DNA from: Azolla caroliniana
Lineage: Eukaryota > Plantae > Polypodiophyta
Assembly (NCBI GenBank): GCA_043228905.1
Contig: JBHGNT010000013.1
Location: forward strand, 6,572,001 to 6,636,000
Reading direction: 5' to 3'
Length of the DNA stretch: 64,000 bases
Shown here: positions 37,770 through 49,853 of the stretch, in pieces
Layout of the letters: every line of letters begins with the position of its first letter
How positions within the stretch are numbered: the stretch's first letter is position 1
Made by a program: the position numbers and the translations under genes
Notes under the pieces: model-generated
Databases searched by the model: none
What the model was told of the DNA's origin: nothing
Seen by the model: the letters and a program-made list of their open reading frames with translations, nothing else

Positions 37770-38030
37770 TTTCGGTTCCCTTGTCGCCTCTCTTCTCCGC
37801 GTCGGTCGTATTCCGGGGATTCGTCTCGGTCGTGCCGGTCCCGGGGGTAGCTATCTTTGCGTCTCTCCTCTCGGTCATAGTTGTCGCGTCTTCTATCAGT
37901 GTATCCTTGTCGCCTCTCTTCTCTGCGTCGGTCGTCTTCCGGGGATTCGTCTCTGTCGTACCGGTCCCGGGGGTAGCTATCTCCGCGTCTCTCCTCTCGG
38001 TCATAGTTGTCGCGTCTTCTATCAGCGTAT
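37770..38030 (-). repeat. In-frame tandem duplication in gag (RD-rich, ~117-bp unit)
   Basis: DRRRDNYDREERR.DSYPRDR.DRDESPE.DRR.EERRQG occurs twice. Confidence 0.85.
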
Positions 38031-40613
38031 CTGTTACCGCGTTCGCGTTGGTAGCGGTTGTCTCTCCGGAATCGATCCTCGTCCGGGTTCTGATTGCGCG
38101 GTTCTATGTGTCGAACCGGTGCTGCCTGCCGATTTAACAGGTTATATTCGCATCGGTCCGTTGTATGGGCTCGAGAGTTGCAGATCACACATTGTGTCCG
38201 CAGGGTGCAGTCCACTGTTGAGTGCCCCGAATTTAGGCATGTTGTACATTGTAAGGCCTGTCGGAACCTCAGGTCTTCCTCCTTTGGGAGTGCCCGGTGT
38301 AACATCCCCATCGACAAGAAGGGGCTAGTCTTGTCCATTTCTAAAACCCGATCAATAACTTGGTCCATTGTGCTGGTTTGGAAATCAAGGACTCCGCACA
38401 TTGTTCGAAGTGGCTCTTTCAGTGCGGCCAGAAAGACTGCTTTGGCTTCGTCTTCGGGTGGTGCTCTTGTCAGTTGGCTGTGCAGGGTCTGGAACCGAAT
38501 GATGAATTGTGGCATAGTCTCGTTCTCTTCCTGCCGGGTGGTGTAGAATTGCCCGACCAATTCCCTTTGCTCAAATTGTCTGTGAAAAAACCTGAGGAAT
38601 CTTGCCTTCAAGGCATCGAATGTGGCAAAGCTGCCCGGTAAGTGCTTTGCGTGCCATTGGGCCGCCGGTCCTTCTAAGGTTATGCTGAATTCGGCGATTT
38701 TGGATCGTTCGACTTCGGGCTTCGTCAGTCTTTGGGAGATATGGTTGGCTTCCCATGTTTGGAGGAATGCGTACACGTGTGCCTCCGCGTCGGCCTCATC
38801 CCGGTACTTTGGGTATGGGTACGACATCGTGTCGTCCAACTGACTCTCCTATTTCCTCCGCTCTTTGTCCGCTGTTGGCGTTGGTGTGAGAACCTTTGGT
38901 TCCTCCGTGGGTGTTGCCGGTGTCCGGTCCGTTGGTTCCTCCGCGGGTGTTGTCGGTATCCGCTCCCTCGGTTCCCTCGCGGTTGTTGTCGGTATCCGGT
39001 CAGCCTTCCTCGGCGGTTGCCGGTCACCGAATTCCAGGGTTATTTCTTCCTCTGGCGCCGGTGTTACTGAGTCTTCCGACCCCTCGTCCTCCCGGTCGTT
39101 CGGTGTGTCGTGGCTGCCTTTATACCGGGATGCAACGCTTCCGTCGCTTTCCAACTCCGCCTCAAGTGTTGCGAATGCTTCCGAGTCCCCGTCGCCCGCG
39201 GCGAGCGTCTGCAGTATCGTTTCCGCCTCTTGCAGGCTTGTTATGCTACTGCCTTCATCGGGGATTTGCAGAACCCGGAACTGCAGTGCTTCTTCTGCGA
39301 CTCTCCGAAGAGTTTTGGAGAATGACCGATCCCGCCGGATCTCGTCGACGGCTTGCTGCAGGGCTTCCCGTCGTTGCTCGCGTTCGGTGTATCGTCTCCC
39401 TCGTTCGGTGATGTGGTCGTCGTTTGGTCTAGACATCCATCCCCCGGTTGTCCTCTGCACTTTGCAGGAATCGTGGTCGCCAAAATAGTGTTGCCTGTCT
39501 GGCCGGACTAGCCTCAACACAGGTGTCTATCCGACACTTCTCCAAAGGGGTGGTAAGGATTGGATGCTAGGTTACACGCATAAGATGATTACAATTAAGC
39601 ACAGACGGTAAACAATACGAGATACAGATGAACACGCAATAATTACTATTGTATTACTTCCGTCCAAAAACTTTACAAATCATCGGATCCTTTTATAGGC
39701 ATCCGGCAAGGTTACAATCGGTGCGCTTAGGCAACCGACATCCGAATCGGTCCGGATCCGGATCGGTACAACTGTACCGGATCTGTCCCTCCGAATAATA
39801 ATTCTACTATTATTTACTTCCTATTATCCAATCCGATTCTGCCTTCCCACTTGTCCTTGCTCTTCTGACCGGCCAACAAGCAACACCGGCTTCTGTTCCC
39901 CACCGAAAGAAACCCGAGCCGTAATAAGCTTGACTTGATACATTCGGATGTACGGGGACCGACACAGAATGTTAGTCTTGGCGAGAGCCGATATTTCATC
40001 TCCTTCATCGACGACTACAACTGGCACACATGGGTCTACCTAATCGAAAGGAAAAGCAAAGTTTTCAACTATGTCCAGAACTTGCAATGTCTTGTAGAAT
40101 GGGAAACAAAGAGGAAGATCAACTGCCTGCGGTCAAATGGTGGAAAAGAATACTTTTCCAACCAATTCAATAGTTATCTGCAACAGAAGGGAATTCGGAG
40201 AGAATTTAGTTGCAGATACACACTGGAACAAAATGATTTAGCCGAAAGGAAGAACTGGTCAATTGTGGAGGTGGCATGGGCAATGTTAGAAAAGAAGAGC
40301 ATGCCCAAGTTCTACTAGGCCGAAGCGGTCCGGATGACCGTCTATATCCGAAACTAGATTGGGGGCAAGGTGTCAACACATGAACTGTATTTTGGGTAGA
40401 AGCCAAACTTAAGACACCTCAAGATATTCGGTAGCATTACCTATGTCCATGTACCATATGAGAAGCGGAAAAAGCTGGACCCGAAGTCGGACAAGTGTAT
40501 CCTTATCGGCTACTCACATGAGCAAAAGGGTTATAAGTGCTATAACCCCCAAACAAAACAAGTTCGAGTGAGCCGAGATGTCGAAATTGATGAGTCGACA
40601 TCATGGTACTCTC

Positions 40614-40884
40614 CATAGTATATAAAATTCGTGTTCGTCTAGCATAACATTCATTTTCCTACGTCGGAAAACGAATGTGAATGTTATTCAAACATTCTTG
40701 TTCCTCCCTCCCCCCCCTTTTTTAAGGTTTTGTTTTTTGTTTTTTTGTTAATTTTTTATGTTTATTTACCTTATAATAAATAGTTAATCCAAAAGTATGG
40801 TATTTACTATTCTTCTAGGGTGTTTACCATACTCGAATGATTGAATCATTTGTGAATGCGAATGCACGTATGGTTCATACTCTG
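40614..40884. mobile_element. hAT-type MITE (271 bp), 8-bp TSD GTACTCTC
   Basis: TSD at 40606-40613 and 40885-40892; imperfect TIR CATAGTAT/ATACTCTG; AT-rich interior interrupting the copia integrase tail. Confidence 0.85.
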
Positions 40885-43800
40885 GTACTCTCTACCGACT
40901 CCGACCCCCGACTCCTACCCGATTCCGGAAGACGACGTGAGTGAACCCGAATTGATATGGGTAGAATATGAAGAAGGATTCGGTACTCTGGACGAGAGTC
41001 TGACCTCATTCTGGTTAAATGGGCCAAATGAGCGACTGAGTTGGAACGACTAGTCAGATGAAGAGCTGACGAGTAGTGGAGACTCGGTCGTGCTCTCCCC
41101 GTGCAAGAAACCAAGGAGACGGTTCATGCACAAAGAGAAAGGGAAGAAGAAGATGCTGGAATACGACACCAATAGGGAAAAGTCGGATCGGATCAATTTG
41201 ACTCCGGACAAAACGAAGATGGACCTTCGAAGACGAAGTCCAAATTGGCCAAGAGGGCCTTGAAATCGGCTAATGAGAAGTTATGCCGATCGACCCGCCA
41301 AAAGAACCCCGTCAAATGGTATGGGTATAATGAGTACATGGCGCATCACTATGTGTACATGATGAAAATGGCGAAAGTACGTGAGCCGGAGAGCTACGCC
41401 GAAGTGGCAAAGGATGCGCATTGGCGTGCTGCAATGGAGGAAGAGATGCAGGCACTTGATGCCAACGACACATAAGACCTGGTTGAGCTTCCCTGACATT
41501 GCAAACCAATAAGTTGTTAGTGGGTGTACAAGGTGAAGTATAATTCTTACGAGTCGGTCAATTGGTGTAAGGCCCCATTAGTGGCCAAAGGGTATGCGCA
41601 GACCCCTGGAATCGACTACGACGAGACCTTGGGCTTTGGTAGCGAAGATGAAGATGGTCCATGTCGTGCTCGCAATTGTTGTGACACATGGGTGGAATCT
41701 TCACCAAATGGACTTGAAGAATGCATTTCTTGAAGGAGACCTTGAAGAAAAGGTCTATATGATCAAGCCCCCTGGTTTTCAGTCAAAGATGAACAAGTCA
41801 ACAGTCTGCTGACTCAAGAAGTTGTTTTATGGCTTGAAGCAAGCCCCCCGAGATTGGAATTCGAAGATCATGCATCGGTTGCGCAAGAGGGGGTTTGCTG
41901 CCTCGAAGTCGGACTCTTCGTTGTTCATCCGGAAAGGTCTAGAAGGTTCGGTATCTATCTTGTTATACGTGGATGATGTAGTGATCATCGAACCTAGCCT
42001 CCCTGAAATCGGCCGAGTGAAGTCCTGGAATCGACTACGACGAGACCTTGGCTCTGGTAGGGTGCTCGCAATTGTTGTGGCCCATTGGTGGCATCTTCAC
42101 CAAATGGAAGTGAAGAATGCGTTTCTTCAAGGCGACCTTGAAGAAAAGGTCTACATGATTGAGCCCCCCGGTTTTCAATCGGAGATGAACAAGTCAACAG
42201 TCTGCTGACTTAATGTTGAGAGACAAGCTCAACATTGGCCGGATTGACTGAAGAAGCCGAGGACCGGATCAGTTGGGACCGATCGGTTAGGCCGAATGCG
42301 TAAACCGGTACGTAGACCGATGCGTAGGTAGGGCCGGATTGGTGCGTAAACCGGGAGGCCGTTAGGAAAGATATTCCGTGAGGAATATATTTGGGAGTTA
42401 GTGTAGGAGCTCTCAATGAGCATTGAAGTACTGTCAGTCCTTCTAGGACTTGTATAAAAGTGTTCATTGAACACACATATGTATAGAGTGATGAATAGAG
42501 ATTGAGTACTAGTTGTTGAATATAGTTCTTGTGCTTTCTCTCTCACTCTCTCTGTCTCTCCCGCGTATACTGTGTAAGCTCAAGCTCTCCATTAAACTTG
42601 AGCGTTCTTCCTTCTATTCGGTCTTCATACTTGCTTCCGCACGCTACTTTTTACATGGTATCAGAGTGCGAGGGTTGAGAACCTCTCTGCAGCCGACACA
42701 ACTTGACGAAGAAGAACAAGAAGAACGATGGATAGAGGCATGGCGAGCTCGCTTCCAACAGAGAAGCTCGACAGAACCAACTACGCGTCTTAGTCCTACA
42801 AGATGCACCAGTACCTGCTCGGGTACGACTACTGGAGTTATGTCGAAGGAGTTAATGACGCGGCACCCGAATCGACACACAGAGACTTCCCGTCGTGGGA
42901 GCAATCGGCGAGCAGGGTATTATACTGCTTCGCGTCGTATGTGGGCGAACAGCTATTAAGCTATGTTCGGGATGCAAAGACGCCGAAGGGTGCGTGGGAA
43001 AATCTGAAGAAGATTTTTGCCGCGAGCACCACAGCCAGGAAGCTTCAGCTCTGACATGAGTTGAGCAACCTACGACAACGCGACTTGTCGGTGGCGGACT
43101 ATACCTCGAAGATCAAGGATATCTGCGACTCGCTCGCCTCCATAGAGGTGAACATCGAGGAGAGCGAGATGGTTCAGATCTGTCTCGGAGGTTTGGCGTC
43201 GAAGTACGAAGCGTTCCGAACGGTTGTGTACCCGGGAGAATACGCCGTCCTTTTTCGACTTACAGTCAATGCTCCTGGTAGAGGAGAACCATGCGGGTGC
43301 GTCTACAAGCACGCACACCGACAACAGAATGCTGTACATGGAGGGAGATAGGCCCCGTTGTCGTGAAGAATGTGCTTCACGATATAAAAATGAGCTTAAA
43401 TGTTGTATTTAATAATATTTGAGAGACTCGAACCCACATCCTTAATACGATGTACAATGTACATACAACTAGGCTAGGCTATTTATTTGTAAAAGTGTGT
43501 AATAAATGTGCTTCATGATATAAGAAAGAAGCTATATATTGTATTAAGTAAAATTGAGGGACTTGAACCCTCAACCTTGTATACCAAGCACCAAGCATAC
43601 ACCACTAAGCTAGGTTAGTTATTTTAGAATGCATTTTCATCATTATAATTATCTCATATCTATTTTCATACATAGCCATCATTCATCACATGCAATGCAT
43701 GTGCGCCAAATGGCGATCATGCATTACATGTAACTCATGCATTGCATGCATGCCATGCTCCCATACATTACCATATGCATGGCAACACTTATATAAAGAG

Positions 43801-44284
43801 GGGAAAGGGAAAACAAGGAGGGGAATCAAGAGAAAGTTAGAGAAATAAGATAATTAAAAAAACAAACAAGTTAGCTTGTTGGTGAAGAGGCTCGTGTTTC
43901 CAAGTTGGAGTCAAGAGTTCGAATCAAGGGTCGGTAGAGAAAGGGTTCATCTTGCTACCAAAAATTGTAAAGTTGGTAAAATCTTGTATTCGTAATACAC
44001 ATCATGTTCATATCATATACTTTTTTGTCTTAAATCATACTTTGTCTCTATCTTGCGTCTTGAATCATACATTGCCTCTATCTTTTATCTATACTAGTCT
44101 CTCTCTCACACATATTACTTTAAACTATTATTCTTCATATCCTTGATCTTCCTAACATTTGAGCGCAAGCCTTATAAAAGTTCCTTCAACTCCCCTTAAC
44201 CTTAGTCCCTGCGACTTCGCCGCACGAACCACAACTACCCCGACACATTTGGTGAACCCGATGTGAAGGCGGTGACGAGGAGAA

Positions 44285-46399
44285 ATGGAGGAGCAAATGA
44301 GGCTTATGTGTACGATGATGGAACGAGTGATACGGGAACAAGGGATGATGGCAAGCATCGACAAAGCCGTCGACAATATTCTCGCACGAGTAGGAATCTT
44401 CGAAGGTATAAATTTAACAAGATTTCTGAAGATTTATAATGAAGAAATGCTTAAACGCGGTGTCTACGAAGCTACAAAAATTAATAGCTTTAGTCGAGTC
44501 GCTGCGATTGGGCTACAAGAGAGGATCCAAGAGCTCCAAAGGGAGAATCAGACATGGACAACATTCGAAAGGGCATTACTCAATGAATACAACCTCAACG
44601 ATATGTCAAGGATGACAAGACGAGCTTTCATGGATTGGGTAGAGTCTAATAAACATTTAAGTGTTTTGGAAGTATTAAAAGAGTTTTCTGAAAGATTTGA
44701 GCAACTAAATGTTAGAGATAGAAATATAATAGTGCCAGATAAAGTAATATTGTTTCTACAAGCTACTAATATTAAAGACAGGAAGGACTTGGGAATGCTT
44801 TTAGAAGATCAGAATAGTCCAAGTGGACTTACCGAAGATTGGGAGGAGGTGAAAAGGGCGTGCGCCCATTTCTGCAAAAGAAAGTTATGGTTTATGGAGT
44901 TGCCTGACAGAAATGATGAAGAAACGGGGAACGAGTTGGGAGAAAAGAAAGTAGAAGAATCACTCTTACACGAATTAGTGAAAGGCATGAAAGACTTGTC
45001 GATCAAAGTGACGAAGCTAGAATCGGGACAAAGCTCGACTTCATCAAGGCAGGGAGGTGGAATGGTCCGAAGGTGTATGTGGTGTGATAGTATCGACCAC
45101 CAGAAGAAAGATTGTCAAGAGCATAGGGATGCTCTTAATCATAATAAAATCTACTATCAAGATGGCAAGATTCACTCAACTGAGACTCGACAACCACTTC
45201 AACTCAACTTCGGGCGAGGAGGAATGAAAAGGCTAATGGAAGATGCCGAGAGAGAAACGACTCAAGCGATACAATCCGTGGCAACCTTAGGATTGCACGT
45301 AGAAGACTCATATGGTGGATCTGGCTTTTGGCAAGATGTGATGGATTATGCAAGAAAAGGGAAGGTTCGAGTGGATGAATTAAAAAGAGCGGGAGATGAA
45401 ATACGAAACTTCACTGGATGGAATGATCCAGTAGACGTGCTATCAGCATTCGCTCAAGTGAATGCACAAGATGTGCTAGTGGAAGAGAAGCGGAAGAGAG
45501 CTGAGGAAGCTAATCCGACAAAGAGACATGAGACACGAGAACAAAAGAGAAGGGAGATGGAAAAGGGTGATATTGAGCTGAAGGAAGCTGATAAAGTAAA
45601 AGGAAAGACAGGCCCATCTTTCAAGCTTGCCTCAGACATAGAAACAACGACGGATATAAAAAAGGTACTAGAAACAAGAATATTAAATAGTAAGGTAGAA
45701 TTTACTTTAAGAGAAGTGTTGGGTATAACAAAGAAAGAATTTCATGAAGTTATCATAGATATTATTAGAAGGAAGAGACAGGTGACGGAGGAAATTACGG
45801 GAGGGTGTGCAACAACACTCCAAGATTTGTATGGTGGCACCATCAATGCTGCAAGTGTAAAAAACCAGAATGATGTTGGCGTCCATGAAGGGGATAGGAG
45901 TCACTATACAAGGGACCATTGGGTTCGAGCAACAACGGAGGTACCTGCAAAAATTGGGGAGCAACAAATTCCATGTATTGCTTTGATCGATCATGGATCA
46001 GAGATTAACATGATGTCATCGGAATTTTACGCTCGAGGACGATGGCCGATCGACAAGAATCATGGGTGGAAAATAAGAGCTACCACAGAAACTACGGAGG
46101 ATCTATTCGGAGCATGTCCTAGTGTGAAGGTAACAATTGGTGATGTCTTGGTGAATCAAAATTTCTTTGTGCAGGATCGATCAACCTACCCCGTCATCCT
46201 TGGCTAGCCCTACATCACCGCAGTGAGGATGGAAACAAAGGTTATTGATGATGGTTCGGCTTTCGCGAGAATCAAGAGTCAAGATGGAAGAAAGACTGTC
46301 CAATTCTTAACTGTGAGGCCCAACCATGAAAGAAACAAAGAATGCTTGAGGGAACATCCAATTCAAGAGATGGATGGAGAGTTTTCCCAGGATTTTTAG
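44285..46399 (+). CDS. gag: Gag-protease of the Ty3 element (one premature TAG at 46205)
   Basis: CMWCDSIDHQKKDC knuckle; ALIDHGSEINMM aspartic protease; the frame stays open after the TAG to the stop at 46397-46399. Confidence 0.85.
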
Positions 46400-49300
46400 A
46401 TAGGGCTTTTACAGGTAGGGGCTGTGATAGCCCGAGCATAAAAGAAAACCCCATAAATAATAATGTAAATAAAGATATTCCTTGTACAATCTCATCTAAT
46501 GGTGCTACTTTTATACTAAAAGTAAATAATAATAAAATACAAAATGCTTTCGAGTACTTTAAGTGTTCTGGATTAATAGATGATGATGAAGAAATTCAGG
46601 ATATGTTTGAAGAATTAAGTTTTGAAGATACAATAACTCATTTGGAAGCAATGGAAGAAGACAACGAAATCCAAGTTCCTGTCCATTCAATCAAGATGTA
46701 TGAGGTCATTGAAGAAGTTGCTCGAAAGGATCATGAAGCACATGTACTAACAAAGTACAAGACAGTAGAGAAGAAGGTTCGTCCTATTGCTGCTCCACTT
46801 CCAAGGGATAGTGAAAAGGCAATCAAAGAAGCAGCCATAGAGCCAATGATCAGAGACTCACGAAAGGTAGGACATGTGTTTACTCCGGAAACAATACAAG
46901 GGATGAAAATAGGAGGGGGTGACTTCCTATTACCCACTGAAGAAAAGCAGTTCAGGGAGATGTTAAAAAGGCATGGAAAGGCGTTCGCATTCCAACCGGA
47001 GGAAATAGGGTGTGTGGATCCAGAAATTGTGGAGCCCATGGTTATATTCACTATCCCTCATATTCCATGGAACTTTAAGCCAATACCCATGCCTAGGGCT
47101 AGAATCCCTCAACTATTAGAACTTTTGAAAGAAAAGATAACGATGGGTATCTTGGAACCATCGAATGCTCCTTACTCGAGTCGATGGTTCACTGTGTTAA
47201 AGAAAGATGGGCGACTCCGATTTATCCAAGATATGCAACCCGTGAATAAGGTAACAATCCGAAACTCGGGAGTAGGGCCAATTGTGGATGAGTTTGCTGA
47301 GATGTTTGCAGGAAGAGCTATATATTCAATGGGAGACCTTTATTCCGGGTATAATCAATTTCAACTTGCTATCAAAAGTCGAGATATAACTTCTATCAAG
47401 ACACCTATAGGGTTAGTACGGATGTGCACCTTGCCGCAAGGAGCGACCAACTCAATGGCGCATATGATGAATGGAATGAACAAGGTACTTCGTGATTTTA
47501 TTCCTCATATTACAATGCCTTTTCTAGATGATGTTCCAATTAAGGGATGCAAGGAGGAAGAGAAGAACGAGGAATTGGACGAAAGTGGTTGCCGTCAATT
47601 CGTTGCTGATCATATCAAGGATTGTGAGAAGGTGCTATCAAGGATGGAAGAAGTGCATTTGACCTTATCAGGGGCGAAGTCAATATTTGGGGCAAAAGAG
47701 ATATTAATAGTTGGTCATATGTGTGGCCCGTATGGGAGAAAGCCATCCCCAACCAAGGTCAATGCAATTCAAAATATGCAAGAGGAATGTACATCCATCT
47801 CAGAAGTACGAAGGTTTCTGGGGGTATGTGTTTTTTACTGTAAATGGATTCCGCATTATGCCCATTTATCTGAACCTTTATATAGACTCCTAAGAAAAGG
47901 AGAGACATTTGAATGGAGTGAAGAGCATTCAGAGGCAATGAAGAAATTGAAGTACTACTTGGCACAAGCTCCACCATTAAAGCAACCATACTACACCCGG
48001 CCCATATATCTCACAGTAGACTCTAGTCCCATTGGAATTGGATGGGTGATAAGCCAACAAGATAGGGAAGAAAGGTATCCAGTCCGATTCGGGGCAAAGG
48101 TTCTTAGTGGTCGACAAAGAAAATATGCACAGGTGAAAAGAGAGCTATGGGGGATAGTAACAGCTGTAAAGACAGACAGAGATTACTTAATTGGTGCTGA
48201 AGTAATAATAGAAACTGATTGTTTGCCTATTCTGGGTATCATAGCTAATTGTGATATTCCAGATCAAGCCATGTTAAGATGGTGTATCTATATTAGATCA
48301 ATCAACCCTGAAGTTCGACATATCTCTGGGAATAGAAATGCAGTAGCAGATATGTTATCAAGAGCAAGGTATGAGGAAGAGGAGATTCCAGACTCGGACG
48401 ATGAGGACAAAGAACAAACAGTCCTTACCACAAGCATTACTCGGGAAGGAGGAATGCAGTTTCTAGAAGAGGAGTATGAAGAAGAATTTAAGGAAATAGG
48501 GAAATACCTACAAACCCCTGACAAGTACAAAGGTCGATCTGGAAAAGAGTTCGCACAGTTTCGCAAGAAAGCCCATAAGTTCTTCCTGCATGAAGGATAT
48601 CTATGGCGACATCCGAAAACCAAGACTGGAAACCCGCAAAGAGTAATAGGTTCTGAAGGGCAAAGAAAGGAGATAATCAGAGAGCTGCATGACAAAGAAT
48701 GGGCTGGTCATCGAGGAGTGTGGGCCACTTTCAGTAAGATTAAAGAACGATTTTGGTGGCCTCGATACTATGAGCAAATAAAAAAGTATGTGGAAACTTG
48801 TCCCACTTGTCAATATTATTCAAATGTAAAATTTTGTGATGAATTACACCCAACATACTCACCAGGGGTGCATTACAAGTGGATGATAGATTTGGTAACA
48901 ATGCCACTTGGAGTAGGACAAAAGAGATACTTGGTTCTTGCTAGAGAAGATCTAACAAATCAAGTGGAAGGTCGTTCATTGCGAACAAAAGGGACATAGG
49001 AGTATGTCAATTCATCTTGGAGGACATTGTTTGTAGATATGGATGTATCGGGAAGATAGTGGCAGATAGGGGAGAACTCAATTCTGCGGAAGCTCAAGAT
49101 TTTTTTGACAAAATAGGAATTCGGCTTTCTTTGACAACGGCGTACAATCCAGAAGCTAATGGAAAGGTAGAAAGGGGACATGGGCCAATAGTCAAAGCTT
49201 TGGCAAAGGCATGTAGAGGACGAGTTAGTGATTGGCCAAAAACCTTACCCTATGCACTGTGGGCTGATAGGACAACTCACAGCACTGTTACTGGATATAT

Positions 49301-49853
49301 GCCTGCAGAATTAATCACAGGACAGAAGCCAATAATGCCAATTGAAGAAAAGATAACTACATGGGCTGTGTTGCCTTGGGAATCGGAAATGAGTAGGGAA
49401 GATTTACTTGCAGTTCGAATACGACAACTTCAATCAAGGATAGAAGACATAGAAAAAGCAGCTACTAGATTGAAAGAGGCAAGAATCAAGAATAAGGACA
49501 GATTTGACAAGATGAAAAGAATACGACCAAGAAAGGTGCAAGAGGGAGATTGGGTATTAGTATATGATAATAGCCTAGATAATCAATACAGTACTATTCG
49601 GAAGTTTGCAAAAAGATGGTTTGGACCTTATGAAGTTAGGAAAATAACAGATAAAGCCACATATTTCCTCAATGAATTAGATGGGACAGAAATTCGTATC
49701 CCAATTGCAGGAAAAAGGATTAAAATATTTAAAAGGAGGGAGTCATTAGAGCCTGAATTTTATGAAGAAGTAGAAGAACTAAAAGAATCGGAAGAAGTGT
49801 TGGATGAACTCTGCACAACCAATGTGCAAGTTCAGAGGGGGTGGGTGTCGTGA
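46390..49853 (+). CDS. pol: Pol (RT-RNase H-integrase) in the -1 frame, with an apparent 1-bp frameshift lesion near 48997
   Basis: RT DLYSGYNQ, LPQGATNS, FLDDV; RH LTVDSS, ETDC; integrase H..GH..CPTC, DRGE, NGKVERGH, WFGPY; no chromodomain; the stop lies inside the 3' LTR. Confidence 0.9.

Larger units (their letters stand above)
31311..39878 (-). mobile_element. Ty3/gypsy (non-chromovirus-like) with 5' LTR, gag-PR-RT-RH; integrase and 3' LTR missing; TSD AGCAA
   Basis: 5' LTR 39489-39878; PBS TGGCGACCAC (tRNA-Arg-like) at ~39473-39482; gag 37058-38839; protease IIDGGSGVN; RT FLDGFSGYNQI..FLDDF; RH VFVDASD..YSTTEREAL; AGCAA at 31306-31310 and 39879-39883. Confidence 0.92.

Noticed and set aside
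37549-39488. Long antisense ORFs over the gypsy gag
   Set aside because: Shadow ORFs of GC-rich coding sequence.
43423-43612. True tRNA genes in the LTRs (also 1977-2034, 6971-7025, 60530-60584)
   Set aside because: A/B boxes and a T-arm are present, but there is no pairing acceptor stem or clean anticodon arm; reported as tRNA-like modules only.
46205-46207. Programmed stop readthrough in gag-PR
   Set aside because: More simply a CAG-to-TAG deamination in GQP; similar lesions occur throughout the window.
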